A DNA stretch of 44,638 nt, taken from a virus (Duplodnaviria > Caudoviricetes). Location of the stretch: positions 1-44,638 of IMG/VR virus record IMGVR_UViG_3300048579_000191. One strand, 5' to 3'. Below are positions 16,398 through 26,266 of the stretch, one piece after another. The position numbers were made by a program, and so were the translations under genes. The notes under the pieces are model-generated. The model saw nothing but the letters and a program-made list of their open reading frames with translations. It had not been told where the DNA came from and made no database searches. The stretch's first letter is position 1. The number at the start of each line of letters is the position of its first letter.

Positions 16398-17278
16398 AGC
16401 ACGTTTCCTTCATGGCCGCCGTCCTGGCTGGCATAGCGCAGTACGGCGTCTTGGCCTGGGATGTTGGGGAAGCCCCGAAAGTTGACGACATTCGCGAACT
16501 TGGCGTTGCAGGTTGCGATGCGCTTGTCGCAGCCCGCGCGGGCGATGAAACTGTCGCCCTCGGCGATGGGCAGAACTGGCGCTTCTAGCAAGGTCATTGT
16601 GGCGATGGCATCGGCCAAGCCATGCGCCAGCACCTCGGTGACGCGCCCCGCATTTGCACCACTGGTCCAGGTCACGGTGCCGGAGGTGAACCAGCCCGCA
16701 TCAAAACCAGCCAGCCCGGACGCCATGAACGCCCGGTCGCGCAAGAGGTCGGTGACGGCGCCCGTACCCTTGTAGATGGCGTTTTCCAGATCGATCCCGC
16801 AGCGGGCATCGCCCAAGCGAGCGTCGCACCCCGCCTGAAACGTCCGCCCCACGGTCTGGCCTAACACATGCGCCAGCGAGCGAACCTCGGCGACGAACGC
16901 CATGCGGCCGCGCCGGATTTGCCCGACAGCACCCCGGCGCAACAGCACGCGTTGGCTGGTTTCGGCCCAGTTCACGCGCCACAGCTCGACCGCTGCATTG
17001 TCCCAGCGCCCGTCGAGGATGTCCGTTTCCGTGATCCGGTCGGAGGTCAGCACGCCGGTGGCGTCTTGCGCATCAACTGCCAAGTCAGAGCCAGCGCGGA
17101 TTTCCGAGGCGGCGAACCCGCTTTCCGGCTCAAAGCCGGTGCCATCGAAGGTCAGCGCGCGATCATGATCGGTGAAGCCGAGCGCCATTCCATCGCTGCG
17201 CGATATCCGCCAGCACCAGGACAAGGTGGTAGTGCCATCATCGAGATGGACCTGCAGCGCAGGGGAGAGGTTTTTCAT
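16394..17278 (-). CDS. Baseplate hub protein, DUF2163 (RcGTA g13-like)
   Basis: LGFTDHDRAL, CDARLGDARC, GCDKRIATC...NFRGFPNIPGQD. Confidence 0.92.
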   Translation of the reverse strand: MKNLSPALQVHLDDGTTTLSWCWRISRSDGMALGFTDHDRALTFDGTGFEPESGFAASEIRAGSDLAVDAQDATGVLTSDRITETDILDGRWDNAAVELWRVNWAETSQRVLLRRGAVGQIRRGRMAFVAEVRSLAHVLGQTVGRTFQAGCDARLGDARCGIDLENAIYKGTGAVTDLLRDRAFMASGLAGFDAGWFTSGTVTWTSGANAGRVTEVLAHGLADAIATMTLLEAPVLPIAEGDSFIARAGCDKRIATCNAKFANVVNFRGFPNIPGQDAVLRYASQDGGHEGNVL

Positions 17279-17904
17279 CTCCGGATCTCCAGAAGCGGGA
17301 TGGCGGTGATCGATCCCAGCCGTTCAAAATCGAGGGTCACGTCGAGGCTGTCGCTGTCGAAGCGCACCGGCACATCGAATTCGAAGCCAGCGCGGACGAT
17401 GACGCCATTGGCGGGTGCGGTGGTGAAGGTGACGACGCCAGTCGTCGTGTCTACGGTCCAGCCCGACATCTGCTCGACCATGCCCAGCCCAACGCGGACG
17501 GTCCCGGTCACCGGTTTGGCGATGGTCCGCACCCATGTCTGCGCGCCGGAGGTATAGCGTTTCGACAGCTGGAAGGTTTGCAGGCTGCCGGTCCCGGTGC
17601 CGATCTGCTGGTCCGTCGCGGTGATCGCCTGCGATGGCAGGTTGGATTTGTAATCGGCCCAATCTTTGTAGCGAAAGCCGTGCAGGCGGCCATTGCGGGC
17701 TTCGAAGAAGGCCACGACCGATGCCAGATCATCCGCACGCCGGATGCCATAGGCGACGTCATAGCGGCGACGGCTGTTGGCCCAGCTGGCGTTACGCTCT
17801 TCATCGCCCGAAGCCAACTCCACGATCTGCGTGCGCCTTTCAGGGCCGCCGCGCGCCCCGCGGCTGATATTGTCGGGGAAGCGCACCTCGTGAAATGCCA
17901 TCAC
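17275..17904 (-). CDS. Distal tail protein, DUF2460 (RcGTA g12-like)
   Basis: FHEVRFP, GDEERNASW, FFEARNGRLHGFRYKDWADY, FEFDVPVRFD. Confidence 0.92.
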   Translation of the reverse strand: MMAFHEVRFPDNISRGARGGPERRTQIVELASGDEERNASWANSRRRYDVAYGIRRADDLASVVAFFEARNGRLHGFRYKDWADYKSNLPSQAITATDQQIGTGTGSLQTFQLSKRYTSGAQTWVRTIAKPVTGTVRVGLGMVEQMSGWTVDTTTGVVTFTTAPANGVIVRAGFEFDVPVRFDSDSLDVTLDFERLGSITAIPLLEIRR

Positions 17905-20327
17905 ATGCCCCTCCGGCCAAGGGACACCGCGCGTGCGATATCCGCCGCGACCTGCGTGCGCGACTGACGGAAGCTTTCGGCGTCGCGGGCGTTGATCGTG
18001 ACGGAGATGTTCGGGGCAGCGCTTTGCCCTTGGCCATAACCAGCAGCTTCCCGGCGAGACAGAACCCGCTCACCGCGCTGCAGGATCGCGGGCACCTCGT
18101 CCGGTTTGATCCCTGCCCAACCTCCCGCGTGCATGCGGGGGGCATCGGCAAAGGCCAGCGCAGGCAACATGCGGCCCGGGCCCGGCGATCCGACCATGCC
18201 ACCGGCGTGCAGAATGTTGGCGAAGATGCCACCCGCGCCGCCCAGCGCGCCCGATAGCGCGTTGGCGATGGGGCCGAGGATGAAGCGTCTTGCCGCCAGT
18301 TTCGCGAGATCGGCAATCATCGATGTGACCAAGTCGCGGAAATCCAGCTTGCCGGTTTTCACGAACTCGCCGACGGCGTTTTCGGCCGAGGTGAAAGCAG
18401 AGACCAGTGCGTTGCCGATGTCGCCACCAATGTCGCGGGCTTTGGCAGCGTAGTCGGCAAGGGTCGCAACAACAGCTTCCCATCCGGTCTTGGCCGCTTC
18501 AGCCCCAGCCGCGGCTGCTGAACCAGCCCCACCGGCGGCGCGCCCGGCTTCGGTCATCGACTCGTCCAGCCGGTTGGCGGCCTCTGCGGCCCCATCGAGT
18601 GCGGTTTCGCCTTCGGTTCCGGCACCGGCGACAGCGTCCTTCAGCGCCTGCCAGCTTTGCATCGGACGGGTGGCGGCATCGGCCAGCATGCCAGAAGCCT
18701 CGCGATAGGCATCGGCCCGGGCGGTCGCCTCTTCAGCCATGCCGGTCAGCCCAAGATCGGGCGTAGTGACATAGGTCTGCGCCATCGCCGCCGAGAAGGC
18801 TTCAGCGGCGGCAGTTCCGGCAGCAGCGGCAGACCCTGCAAAGGGATTGTCGATCCGGCCCAGCGCCACGGGGTCCAGCGCACCGATCCGCACCCCACCT
18901 TCGCCCACCGCCCAATCGGGCAAGAGGTCCAGCGCCGCGTTCAGACCGTTGATGAAGTTGTTGATCCGGGTGACGACGCTGTTCAGCATGGCCTCGACGC
19001 CGCTGATCAACCCGTTAGCGGCCTGGAAGGCGAAATCTCCAATCGCGCCCGGCAATTGGCCCCAGATCACTTTTACCGCCTCATAGGCACCCTTGAAAAT
19101 CCCTGCTGCCGAGTTGCCGAAACTGGTCACCGCCTCGACCGAGGACTGCATCACGCCATAGATCGTGGCCTGCAGCCCCGCCCAGCTGGCCTCGATCTTC
19201 GACCAGGCAGACGCGGCCCCAAGGCCGATGCGGTCCCAGACCTCCAGAGCCAGATCCTTCAGGAGCCCAATCGCCGCGCCGAACCCGCCCGCTCCTGCGA
19301 CGAGCCGGGTGAACTGGAATACCAACTCGCCAGCACCGACGATCAACGCACCGATCCCAGTGCGGATCAGGGCACCGCGCAGGATAACAAGGCCGGTGGC
19401 AAGGCCCCGCACGGACAGGGCCGCAGCGGCCAACCCGGCGACCCAGCGCCCCGCCATCAGCGTGGCGAAGGTGGCGGCGTAGGTGGTCAGCCGACCAATG
19501 TTGTCGAAAAGGGCGTTGATGGCGATGCCAATCGGCCCGGTGCTGCGCGCCATATCTGCCAGCGTGTTGGCGATGGTTTCCAGCGCTGGAGCCACGGCCG
19601 CCGTCAGCCGGTTGGTCAGGCCGAGCCAGATCAGGCTGAGCTTGGCGATGGCATCGCCGGTGCGTTCGATCTGGGCCGCATCAGCCGCGCTTACAGCCAC
19701 ACCGAAGTCGTGCACATCCTGAGCGGCCTCGCGCAAGGTGGCCGGATCGATGCGCAGAAAGGCCAGTGCCGCTTTGTCGCCGAAGAGGTCGGACGCGACA
19801 GCGGCGCGTTCTGCCTGCGGTACAAACCGGTTCAAGGCTTCCTGAATGGCGACGATGCGCTGGTCCAGGGGGAGCCTCTGAAGTTCGGAGGCAGTCAGGT
19901 TCAGTCGGCGTAGTGCGCCAACCGCCGACCCCGAACCAGCAGCAGCTTCCGACAACCTCGTGGTCAGCTTCTTGGTGGCTTGCTCGATCTCGCCCATGGA
20001 CACGCCTGCCAGTTCGCCAGCCCAAGTCAGCACCTGCAGGCTTTCGACTGTGGTTTTCAAAGAGGCGGCCATGTCGGCCTGCGCGCCGATGGTCTCAAGG
20101 CCCGACCGCACCATCGCCACGCCAGCCGCAGCTGCCGAAACGGTCACCGCCGCCAGTGCGATCCCGACCTTGCGGGCAAAGCTGGCCAGCCGTGTGTTGG
20201 CCAGTTCCATCTCGGTCGAGAGGCGGCCAAAAACCCGCGCGCCCGCATCCCCGATGCCTTCCAACTCGGCGCGCACCTGGCGGCCGCCCTCCGCCACGAG
20301 GCGGACGCTGACCCTTTTTTCAGCCAT
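17901..20327 (-). CDS. Tail tape measure protein
   Basis: 808 aa, Ala/Gly-rich and helical, with C-terminal HAGG...DEVPAILQRGERVL; sits before the distal tail gene. Confidence 0.92.
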   Translation of the reverse strand: MAEKRVSVRLVAEGGRQVRAELEGIGDAGARVFGRLSTEMELANTRLASFARKVGIALAAVTVSAAAAGVAMVRSGLETIGAQADMAASLKTTVESLQVLTWAGELAGVSMGEIEQATKKLTTRLSEAAAGSGSAVGALRRLNLTASELQRLPLDQRIVAIQEALNRFVPQAERAAVASDLFGDKAALAFLRIDPATLREAAQDVHDFGVAVSAADAAQIERTGDAIAKLSLIWLGLTNRLTAAVAPALETIANTLADMARSTGPIGIAINALFDNIGRLTTYAATFATLMAGRWVAGLAAAALSVRGLATGLVILRGALIRTGIGALIVGAGELVFQFTRLVAGAGGFGAAIGLLKDLALEVWDRIGLGAASAWSKIEASWAGLQATIYGVMQSSVEAVTSFGNSAAGIFKGAYEAVKVIWGQLPGAIGDFAFQAANGLISGVEAMLNSVVTRINNFINGLNAALDLLPDWAVGEGGVRIGALDPVALGRIDNPFAGSAAAAGTAAAEAFSAAMAQTYVTTPDLGLTGMAEEATARADAYREASGMLADAATRPMQSWQALKDAVAGAGTEGETALDGAAEAANRLDESMTEAGRAAGGAGSAAAAGAEAAKTGWEAVVATLADYAAKARDIGGDIGNALVSAFTSAENAVGEFVKTGKLDFRDLVTSMIADLAKLAARRFILGPIANALSGALGGAGGIFANILHAGGMVGSPGPGRMLPALAFADAPRMHAGGWAGIKPDEVPAILQRGERVLSRREAAGYGQGQSAAPNISVTINARDAESFRQSRTQVAADIARAVSLGRRGM

Positions 20328-20649
20328 CGCGGCTTCCCTCCATCTGTTCGTTCAGTTTGCGCACCATCATCGCCTCAATCTCGGGCAGCAGTTCGGCGAC
20401 GATCAGGGTGTCAATCCCGAGGGCGCGGGCAACGGCAAGTGCCGCGCCCATGTCCCAGCCCAGCACAGCACCGGGGATCACGCGCAGTTGCCCACCAAGG
20501 CGGCCGACCAGATCCCAAACCTGCCAGCCTTCCGGCGTCTGGGGCCGGTTCAGCTTTGCGGGGCAGTCGGAGCAGGCAACTTGGCAGGCCGCGCAGTATC
20601 TGTCGCCACCGCCGAAGGACCAGTCAGCGAGGGCGCGGAGACGTTTTTT
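20320..20649 (-). CDS. Tail chaperone gpT-like extension read by -1 frameshift (absent from the ORF track)
   Basis: Slippery A AAA AAC at 20649-20643. The -1 frame is open to TGA at 20322-20320, overlapping the tape measure start: RLRALADWSFGGGDRYCAACQVACSDCP...GWDMGAALA...EQMEGSRDG. Confidence 0.8.
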   Translation of the reverse strand, partial: KKRLRALADWSFGGGDRYCAACQVACSDCPAKLNRPQTPEGWQVWDLVGRLGGQLRVIPGAVLGWDMGAALAVARALGIDTLIVAELLPEIEAMMVRKLNEQMEGSRDG

Positions 20650-20987
20650 TCCGCGTCCAGGATCAGGCCCTTGGCGACATATTGTGTTTGGAAGGCTTCA
20701 AAGACTGGCCATATTTCCAGAAGGGCGTCGATGCCCTCGGGGGTAACGGGCACAATTGTGCCCATGGCATCACCCACGCCCTGCCAATCCAACACAGCAC
20801 GGCGGGCGACAGCCTTGGCCATCGCGAGAGCCAGCGCCTCTTGGCTGGCACCCTCTGGCAGCGCTTCGATGGCCGGATCGGCGCGGGCTGACACCATCAG
20901 CGCGGTGGTGAGCGGCCCGACGAGTAGGCGCAGGCCGGGGGCGAGGTCCAGCCATTCAGGCGTGGCAGTCAGGTTCAGTCGGATCAT
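20550..20987 (-). CDS. Tail assembly chaperone (gpG-like)
   Basis: Lies between the tail tube and tape measure genes and contains the LDAEKN slippery site. Confidence 0.85.
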   Translation of the reverse strand: MIRLNLTATPEWLDLAPGLRLLVGPLTTALMVSARADPAIEALPEGASQEALALAMAKAVARRAVLDWQGVGDAMGTIVPVTPEGIDALLEIWPVFEAFQTQYVAKGLILDAEKNVSAPSLTGPSAVATDTARPAKLPAPTAPQS

Positions 20988-21002
20988 CTTTGGGCCTTTC
21001 TC

Positions 21003-21034
21003 AAAACAAAAGCGACGTGCCGGGGCACGTCGCT
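21003..21034 (-). terminator. Intrinsic terminator after the DUF1186 moron
   Basis: AGCGACGTGC-CGGG-GCACGTCGCT perfect 10-bp stem followed on the minus strand by TTTGTTTT. Confidence 0.75.
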
Positions 21035-21071
21035 GGGGAGGGTGGTCAGTAGAGCAGGTGGACTGTTCAGG

Positions 21072-21971
21072 TCATTGGAGGCAGCATTTCTTGAACTTCT
21101 TGCCACTGCCACAAGGGCAGGGGTCGTTTCGGCCGGTCTTGCCGGTGATCACGCTGTTGAACGGATCGCTGCTGCGGGGCATCAGCGACGACAGGACGTT
21201 CAGGCGGCCTTCAGCCTTCTTCGCCAGGTATTCCGGAGTGAAGCAGTACCATGGCTCGAGTTCGGCGATGGTGTCAGTGATCAGCGTGTTGCTGGATATT
21301 TCAGTGAACCAGTCGGGCCGACCGGCATCCAGCGTTGCCTGAAGCCGCTCGGTGAAATCCTCGAGACGGCTGTGATCCGGGGTGATCAGACCACTGTCGA
21401 ACACGGCTCGCACAGCAGTTTCCAAGTTTGAAAGGCCAAGGGCCGCAATACATTCGGCCCAAGACCACCAGACTTCCTCGCCTGTATTGGTGCCGGTGAG
21501 GTCGAAGAAGTCGACGAGGAACTGCGAAACGCGGGGCCGCAGACCGGGATGTTCCAAGGCAACGATGGCCAGCGTGTCAAACATCTCGCCACGCAGGAAG
21601 CTGTCAGCGGTATCATCCAGCAGAATGTCGAACAGCGGTTGCAGATCGCCGTCAAACACCCCTGCCATGACACGCGCCGAGGCTTCGGTGATCGAATCTC
21701 CCAACAGTGCATCCAGAAATTCCGGATCGCGCCGGAGCAGCTTGGCCAGTGGGCGAAAGGCCCGGGTCTCGCGCCATTCAGCCAAGAGGAAGAAGATGAA
21801 AACGAAGGCATCCATGCGCTCGAGATCATCTATCTTTGCCGTCTGCAGTTTGCCGATGTAGTCCAGAAACACCGGCACCATGGCTTCGCGCGATTGTCCT
21901 GCCGCCACCAATGCGTCGCGCGGCAGCGGGCCAACGCCCTCCAATGCAGCCATGATTTCGGCGGGTGTCAT
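21072..21971 (-). CDS. DUF1186-like protein with C-terminal SEC-C motif (moron)
   Basis: Ends GRNDPCPCGSGKKFKKCC. Start set at MTPAEIMAAL with an AGAAAGG RBS; the longer track ORF overlaps the tail tube gene. Confidence 0.85.
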   Translation of the reverse strand: MTPAEIMAALEGVGPLPRDALVAAGQSREAMVPVFLDYIGKLQTAKIDDLERMDAFVFIFFLLAEWRETRAFRPLAKLLRRDPEFLDALLGDSITEASARVMAGVFDGDLQPLFDILLDDTADSFLRGEMFDTLAIVALEHPGLRPRVSQFLVDFFDLTGTNTGEEVWWSWAECIAALGLSNLETAVRAVFDSGLITPDHSRLEDFTERLQATLDAGRPDWFTEISSNTLITDTIAELEPWYCFTPEYLAKKAEGRLNVLSSLMPRSSDPFNSVITGKTGRNDPCPCGSGKKFKKCCLQ

Positions 21972-22059
21972 GTGCGGAACCTTTCTCGGGGGAATCGTTG
22001 AAACGGATACCGCCATTTCGCGCCCGCCTCCACTGTGCGGATCAGCCTCCATACCCATT

Positions 22060-22998
22060 TCAATAGGCCGCCAAGGTGTTGATGAGGACGGCGGTGCACA
22101 TGCGGGCGGGGCTGGCGGCCTTTGCGGCCATCCAGTCGAACGTCGCTTGCACGCCCTGCGGCCCAGCGATCTCGATGCGCGGGCGGGGCAGATAGACGGC
22201 ATGGGCGGTGAAGGTGAAGCTGGCGTTGGCCCCGAGACTGTAGTTGAACTCCAGCTCGCAGGGCGTGCCGTCGATGGCTTGGGTGATCAGCGTGGTGTCG
22301 GAAAACCTCACCTCGATCCGGCCTGACAGAGCGGCCATCGCGGGATCGGCACCATCGATCCGGCCATCGCCGCGGATGGTTTCGATCCGGTCGAGGTTGT
22401 TGGAATAGGTGATCTCGGCCGAAACCACATTGCCCAAGGCCGAGCCGTTGCGCTTCACCGTGCCATTGAAATGGCCAAACCGCTGTAGGCCCAGCGCGGT
22501 GGGCGTGCCAGCGGCGGTCGCTGCGGCGATGGTTTCGCCTTGGGCGACAAGCCGTGCAGTGGCGGTCAGCAGACCTGAGCGCTGCATCTGCCAGGTCAGC
22601 TGATCGAGGACGCAACCAGAATACATCGCGAAACGTGGCACCTCGGGCATCGCGGTTTCAATAGCCATGCTGGGCAGGGTCCAGTTACCCGACTGAAAGG
22701 TGTGGGTCTTCGGCGTCGTGCCCGTGGTGGTGGGCTGGCCGAACGCGGCCTTTAGCCAGAACCCGAACGCCTCGACGTCGATGGGGATCACCACCTCGCC
22801 GTCTGCGGTGACCGCGTCCTTGATCGGAGCCAGCTGATCGCGACCATAGCCCAGCAGTTCGGATTCCAGCAGCGGTTGTTCCGATCCCAGCGTGGTCCGG
22901 GCGAATGGCATCAATCGGAACCCACTCACCGGCGGGGTGCCGTAAACCGTCTCATACGCAAGCGCCATCTGCGCCCGCGCGCCTTGCGCACGTGCCAT
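22060..22998 (-). CDS. Major tail tube protein
   Basis: MARAQGARAQMALAYETVYGTPP, beta-rich 312 aa, downstream of the tail terminator; AAGGAG RBS. Confidence 0.88.
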   Translation of the reverse strand: MARAQGARAQMALAYETVYGTPPVSGFRLMPFARTTLGSEQPLLESELLGYGRDQLAPIKDAVTADGEVVIPIDVEAFGFWLKAAFGQPTTTGTTPKTHTFQSGNWTLPSMAIETAMPEVPRFAMYSGCVLDQLTWQMQRSGLLTATARLVAQGETIAAATAAGTPTALGLQRFGHFNGTVKRNGSALGNVVSAEITYSNNLDRIETIRGDGRIDGADPAMAALSGRIEVRFSDTTLITQAIDGTPCELEFNYSLGANASFTFTAHAVYLPRPRIEIAGPQGVQATFDWMAAKAASPARMCTAVLINTLAAY

Positions 22999-23022
22999 GG
23001 GGGTCTCCTTTATGTGGGGGTG

Positions 23023-23445
23023 TCAGGCCAGGGGGCCGTTGGTGGTGTAGTGCAAGACGACGGTGATCACCGCTGCCTTCAGCGCTGCTGCGCCTTCGAT
23101 GGGCAGATCGACGGACGCCGGGGCCTCGGGTTCGACCCAGTCGCAGAGGCCACCAAGCGTGCGGTCAGCCTCCAGCGCTGCGTCGATGGAAGCGATCAGG
23201 GTGTCAAAGGCGCTGGCCCGGCCGGTGCCTGCCTGGACGACGACCTCCAACTCGGCCCGGTGCTGGTAGTGGTAGCGCAGCGGCGACAGGGTCACCTCCG
23301 GTTCGCCCGGCTGGCCGTCGCGCAGGATGACCAGACCGGCAGTTGGGATCCGCTCGGGCAGAACCTCGTCACGCAGGGTGAGGGCAGCAAGCGGCTGAAG
23401 CCGCGCGTGCAGCGCAGCGAGGACGAGTTCGCGGGTGGTGGGCAT
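23023..23445 (-). CDS. Tail terminator/completion protein
   Basis: 140 aa, position before the tube gene, ADRTLGGLCDWVE motif. Confidence 0.75.
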   Translation of the reverse strand: MPTTRELVLAALHARLQPLAALTLRDEVLPERIPTAGLVILRDGQPGEPEVTLSPLRYHYQHRAELEVVVQAGTGRASAFDTLIASIDAALEADRTLGGLCDWVEPEAPASVDLPIEGAAALKAAVITVVLHYTTNGPLA

Positions 23446-23589
23446 GGCTCACAATACAATTTATGCCAAAATGGTCGGGCACACGCCACTTTGACGTGTG
23501 CCCATCCGTTCTCAGCTGAAAGGCAGTGACTGGCCAAGTTTTTGGTTTGAGGATCGCCTTAGGATGCTTCGCCGCAGAGCGATCACACT

Positions 23590-24699
23590 TTATTCTGCGG
23601 AGATCACTTCCCACATTGCCAGCATTTCTCGGATGACACGCTTGTCCCCGTCTGACACGACGTAATCATCATAGAATTGCTGCCCATTGAAGCGAATGAC
23701 GGCGCGATCCGCGTCAGCGATTTTGCGGGCAAGCGCCACGGCGGCGTCGCCTCGCATGCTGGCAAACTCCCAAATCTCGGTGTCATTGTCGCGAAACCAT
23801 TGACCAACCGGTACTCGGGTCGTTTCTCCGTCAATGTTGATCGAGGCGCTTTCGACGAACAGCCAGCCACTCCGTGATGTGTAGTTGAAGAACAGCTCCA
23901 TGGTCTTCTGACCCGAGCCAGATTCGATCAGATAGAGGGTCACGTAGTTTCGGATATCCTGAAAGCGCGGGGACGATGGGTGCCGCCCCCAAGAGGAACT
24001 GTCGAACTCGGCCGTCGTTCGCACCAGTCGCCCCTCGAGCGCACGGGCCGTTCTTTGCAGTTGCTCACGTTCCGCTTCGATAGCTTGTTCGTAACTTGCG
24101 GCCTTGCCGACGTAGGTCTGGTTTTCGCCGTTTACCCGCGCCAGGGCTTGATACGCGACAAAATTGCGTTCGGCTTGTGCGGCGGGAATGGGTCGAACGT
24201 ATGCATTGAGTGCTTCTTCAAGCGCATCACGTTCAGGACTTGGAGGTGGCGCAAAGGTCGTGTCCGCGGCGATCTCGCGCGCAATAGCTTCCACGTCTGC
24301 CCCATCTGCTTGGATCCGGGAAAGAAAATCTGCGAGCCGCGTATCGGCTGCAGGCGCATCTGCTTGTGGTGCCGCTGGCTCCTCAGACGGGGCCGGGGTC
24401 GGGCCGAAAGCATCGGATAGGCCAGCCGCCCTTTCACGAGCGGTGTCCAGACTCGCGCCTTCAATTGCTTCGGCAAAAGCAAGGCACAACTCGACCTCCC
24501 TCGACCAATCCGCGTTCTGCAAGGAACCCCATGCGATCATTGATGCCGCAGCGTCCATATAGGCTTCGGCATCCCGCGCAAGAAACGCATCGCGGCATTC
24601 TGAACGCGCTGTGTCGACCTCTTGCTGCGACGGATCAGCACCGGCAGGAAATGCGATAAGTGCCGTCGTCGTCAGGGTAAGGAGGAAATTGCGCATCAT
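23590..24699 (-). CDS. Secreted hypothetical protein (moron)
   Basis: Signal peptide MMRNFLLTLTTTALIAFPAGA, acidic 369 aa, inserted between neck and tail genes. Confidence 0.75.
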   Translation of the reverse strand: MMRNFLLTLTTTALIAFPAGADPSQQEVDTARSECRDAFLARDAEAYMDAAASMIAWGSLQNADWSREVELCLAFAEAIEGASLDTARERAAGLSDAFGPTPAPSEEPAAPQADAPAADTRLADFLSRIQADGADVEAIAREIAADTTFAPPPSPERDALEEALNAYVRPIPAAQAERNFVAYQALARVNGENQTYVGKAASYEQAIEAEREQLQRTARALEGRLVRTTAEFDSSSWGRHPSSPRFQDIRNYVTLYLIESGSGQKTMELFFNYTSRSGWLFVESASINIDGETTRVPVGQWFRDNDTEIWEFASMRGDAAVALARKIADADRAVIRFNGQQFYDDYVVSDGDKRVIREMLAMWEVISAE

Positions 24700-24737
24700 T
24701 TTGAGAATTCTTCCATTGTTCGTTTAGAATCAGGCTA

Positions 24738-25584
24738 GGCTCAGGACCCACTAAATCGCTTGCCGGACCGGGATTTCACTGATTCACTGGTTGCATCAAA
24801 GGAGGTGCTTCCATGATCCAACCCTTTCTGTTGACCGAAGCCCAGATGGCGCGGATTTCGCCGTTCTTTCCGCTATCCCATGGCAAGCCGCGCGTAGATG
24901 ATCGGCGGGTTCTGAGCGGGATAGTCTATGTGATCCGCAATGGCCTGATGTGGCGCGATGCGCCTGTAAGCTACGGGCCGCACAAGACAATCTACAACCG
25001 TTTCATTCGCTGGAGCCGGATGGGCGTGTTCGGGCGCATCCTGATGGAACTCGCCAGACAAGGCGGAGAGACCGATGAGATCATGATTGATGCGACCCAC
25101 CTGAAGGCGCACCGCACAGCGGCCAGCCTGGTCAAAAAGGGGCTCTTCCGCGATTTCTTGGACGCACAAAAGGCGGCTTGAACTCCAAACTGCACGTCGT
25201 TTGTGACGGGCAGGGCCGCCCCCGCACGATGTTTCTGACGGCGGGCCAGACCAGTGATTATACCGGAGCTGCGGCCCTGCTGTCCTCGCTGCCTGCTGCA
25301 AGAATTCTGCTGGCGGACCGTGGCTATGATGCCGACTGGTTCCGTGACGCCCTTGCCGAACGTGGGATCGAGGCCTGTATCCCCTCTAAATCAAACAGAA
25401 AAATCCAGATACCTCATGACAAACTGCGCTATCGCAACCGCCACAAGATCGAGAATATGTTCGGCAAACTCAAGGACTGGCGACGCATCCACACGCGCTA
25501 TGACAGGTGCGCGGAAGTCTTCATGTCCGCCATCGCCATCGCAGTCACTGTCATCTTCTGGTTATAGGGAATGAGTCCTGAGCC
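24738..25584 (+). mobile_element. IS5-family insertion sequence (IS427-like), 847 bp
   Basis: Terminal IRs GGCTCAGGACCCA / TGAGTCCTGAGCC. TA on both sides (24736-24737, 25585-25586), which reconstructs a CTAG target. Confidence 0.92.
24813..25567 (+). CDS. IS5-family transposase, two ORFs joined by a -1 frameshift
   Basis: ORF A has WRDAP..YGPHKTIYNRFIRW and IDAT. AAAAAGGGG at 25134-25142. The -1 frame continues GRTKGGLNSKLH...ADRGYD...YRNRHKIENMFGKLKDWRRI. Confidence 0.92.
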
Positions 25585-25630
25585 TAGCGATGCGCAATTC
25601 AACCATCAAGCGAACATCGCCGAGCCAGCG

Positions 25631-26266
25631 TCAGACCCTGTCCGAATTTGTCACCCACCCCGCCACGATCAGCCCCGGCACGCCGTCCACCGCCCGTTCT
25701 GCATCTCGCGCCAGATCCAGTCGCTTAAGCAGCTTGACCTGCGGCACCAGCAGGAAGATCGGCACGGTTGCCACGCCGCGCCCGGTCTTGGATTTTGACG
25801 CTACGGCCCGGCCCTTGGAATTCAACCGCCCTTCCGCCACCAGCAGGCTGGGCCCCCGGCGGCGGTAGATGAACCGCAGGCGCAACCCGGTGCGGCGTTC
25901 CCACTCGCCGGGGGTGATCCGGCCGCCCTTGGTGCTTTTGCCAGCGGCGGGGGTGGGTATCGCCAGCCAGAACCCATCCTTTGACCGGATCAGTGGCCCT
26001 GTGTCATGCGCGCCGATGATCACCGGGGCGTTGGACCAGACCAGCGCCGCCGCGTTTAGGCTGTCGCCGGATTTCGGGAAACTGGCGAGGCGGATAGAGT
26101 TGCCCAGCCTGGTGCCCAACCCCGCGCCGGTGATCTGGCCACGCCATGCGGATTTCAGGGAGGTGCCGGCTGCGCGCATGGCGGCGGACACCGCCTTTTC
26201 ACCGGCGGCGATTTCGGCCTGCATCAGGGCGACGAGGTCAGGGTCGAACGCGATCTTCAGCTTCAT
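25631..26266 (-). CDS. Neck/tail completion protein (DUF6441-like)
   Basis: Starts MKLKIAFDPDL, ATGA-coupled to the upstream gene; basic protein at the position of lambda gpZ. Confidence 0.75.
   Translation of the reverse strand: MKLKIAFDPDLVALMQAEIAAGEKAVSAAMRAAGTSLKSAWRGQITGAGLGTRLGNSIRLASFPKSGDSLNAAALVWSNAPVIIGAHDTGPLIRSKDGFWLAIPTPAAGKSTKGGRITPGEWERRTGLRLRFIYRRRGPSLLVAEGRLNSKGRAVASKSKTGRGVATVPIFLLVPQVKLLKRLDLARDAERAVDGVPGLIVAGWVTNSDRV

Noticed and set aside
11981-17904. Gene transfer agent cluster
   Set aside because: Only the baseplate is GTA-like; the head, terminase, cos and replication genes indicate a prophage.
21972-22202. N-terminal extensions in the ORF track (also 26267-26512, 33658-33939, 37438-37824, 44243-44539)
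   Set aside because: They overlap upstream genes; downstream starts have an RBS or ATGA coupling.
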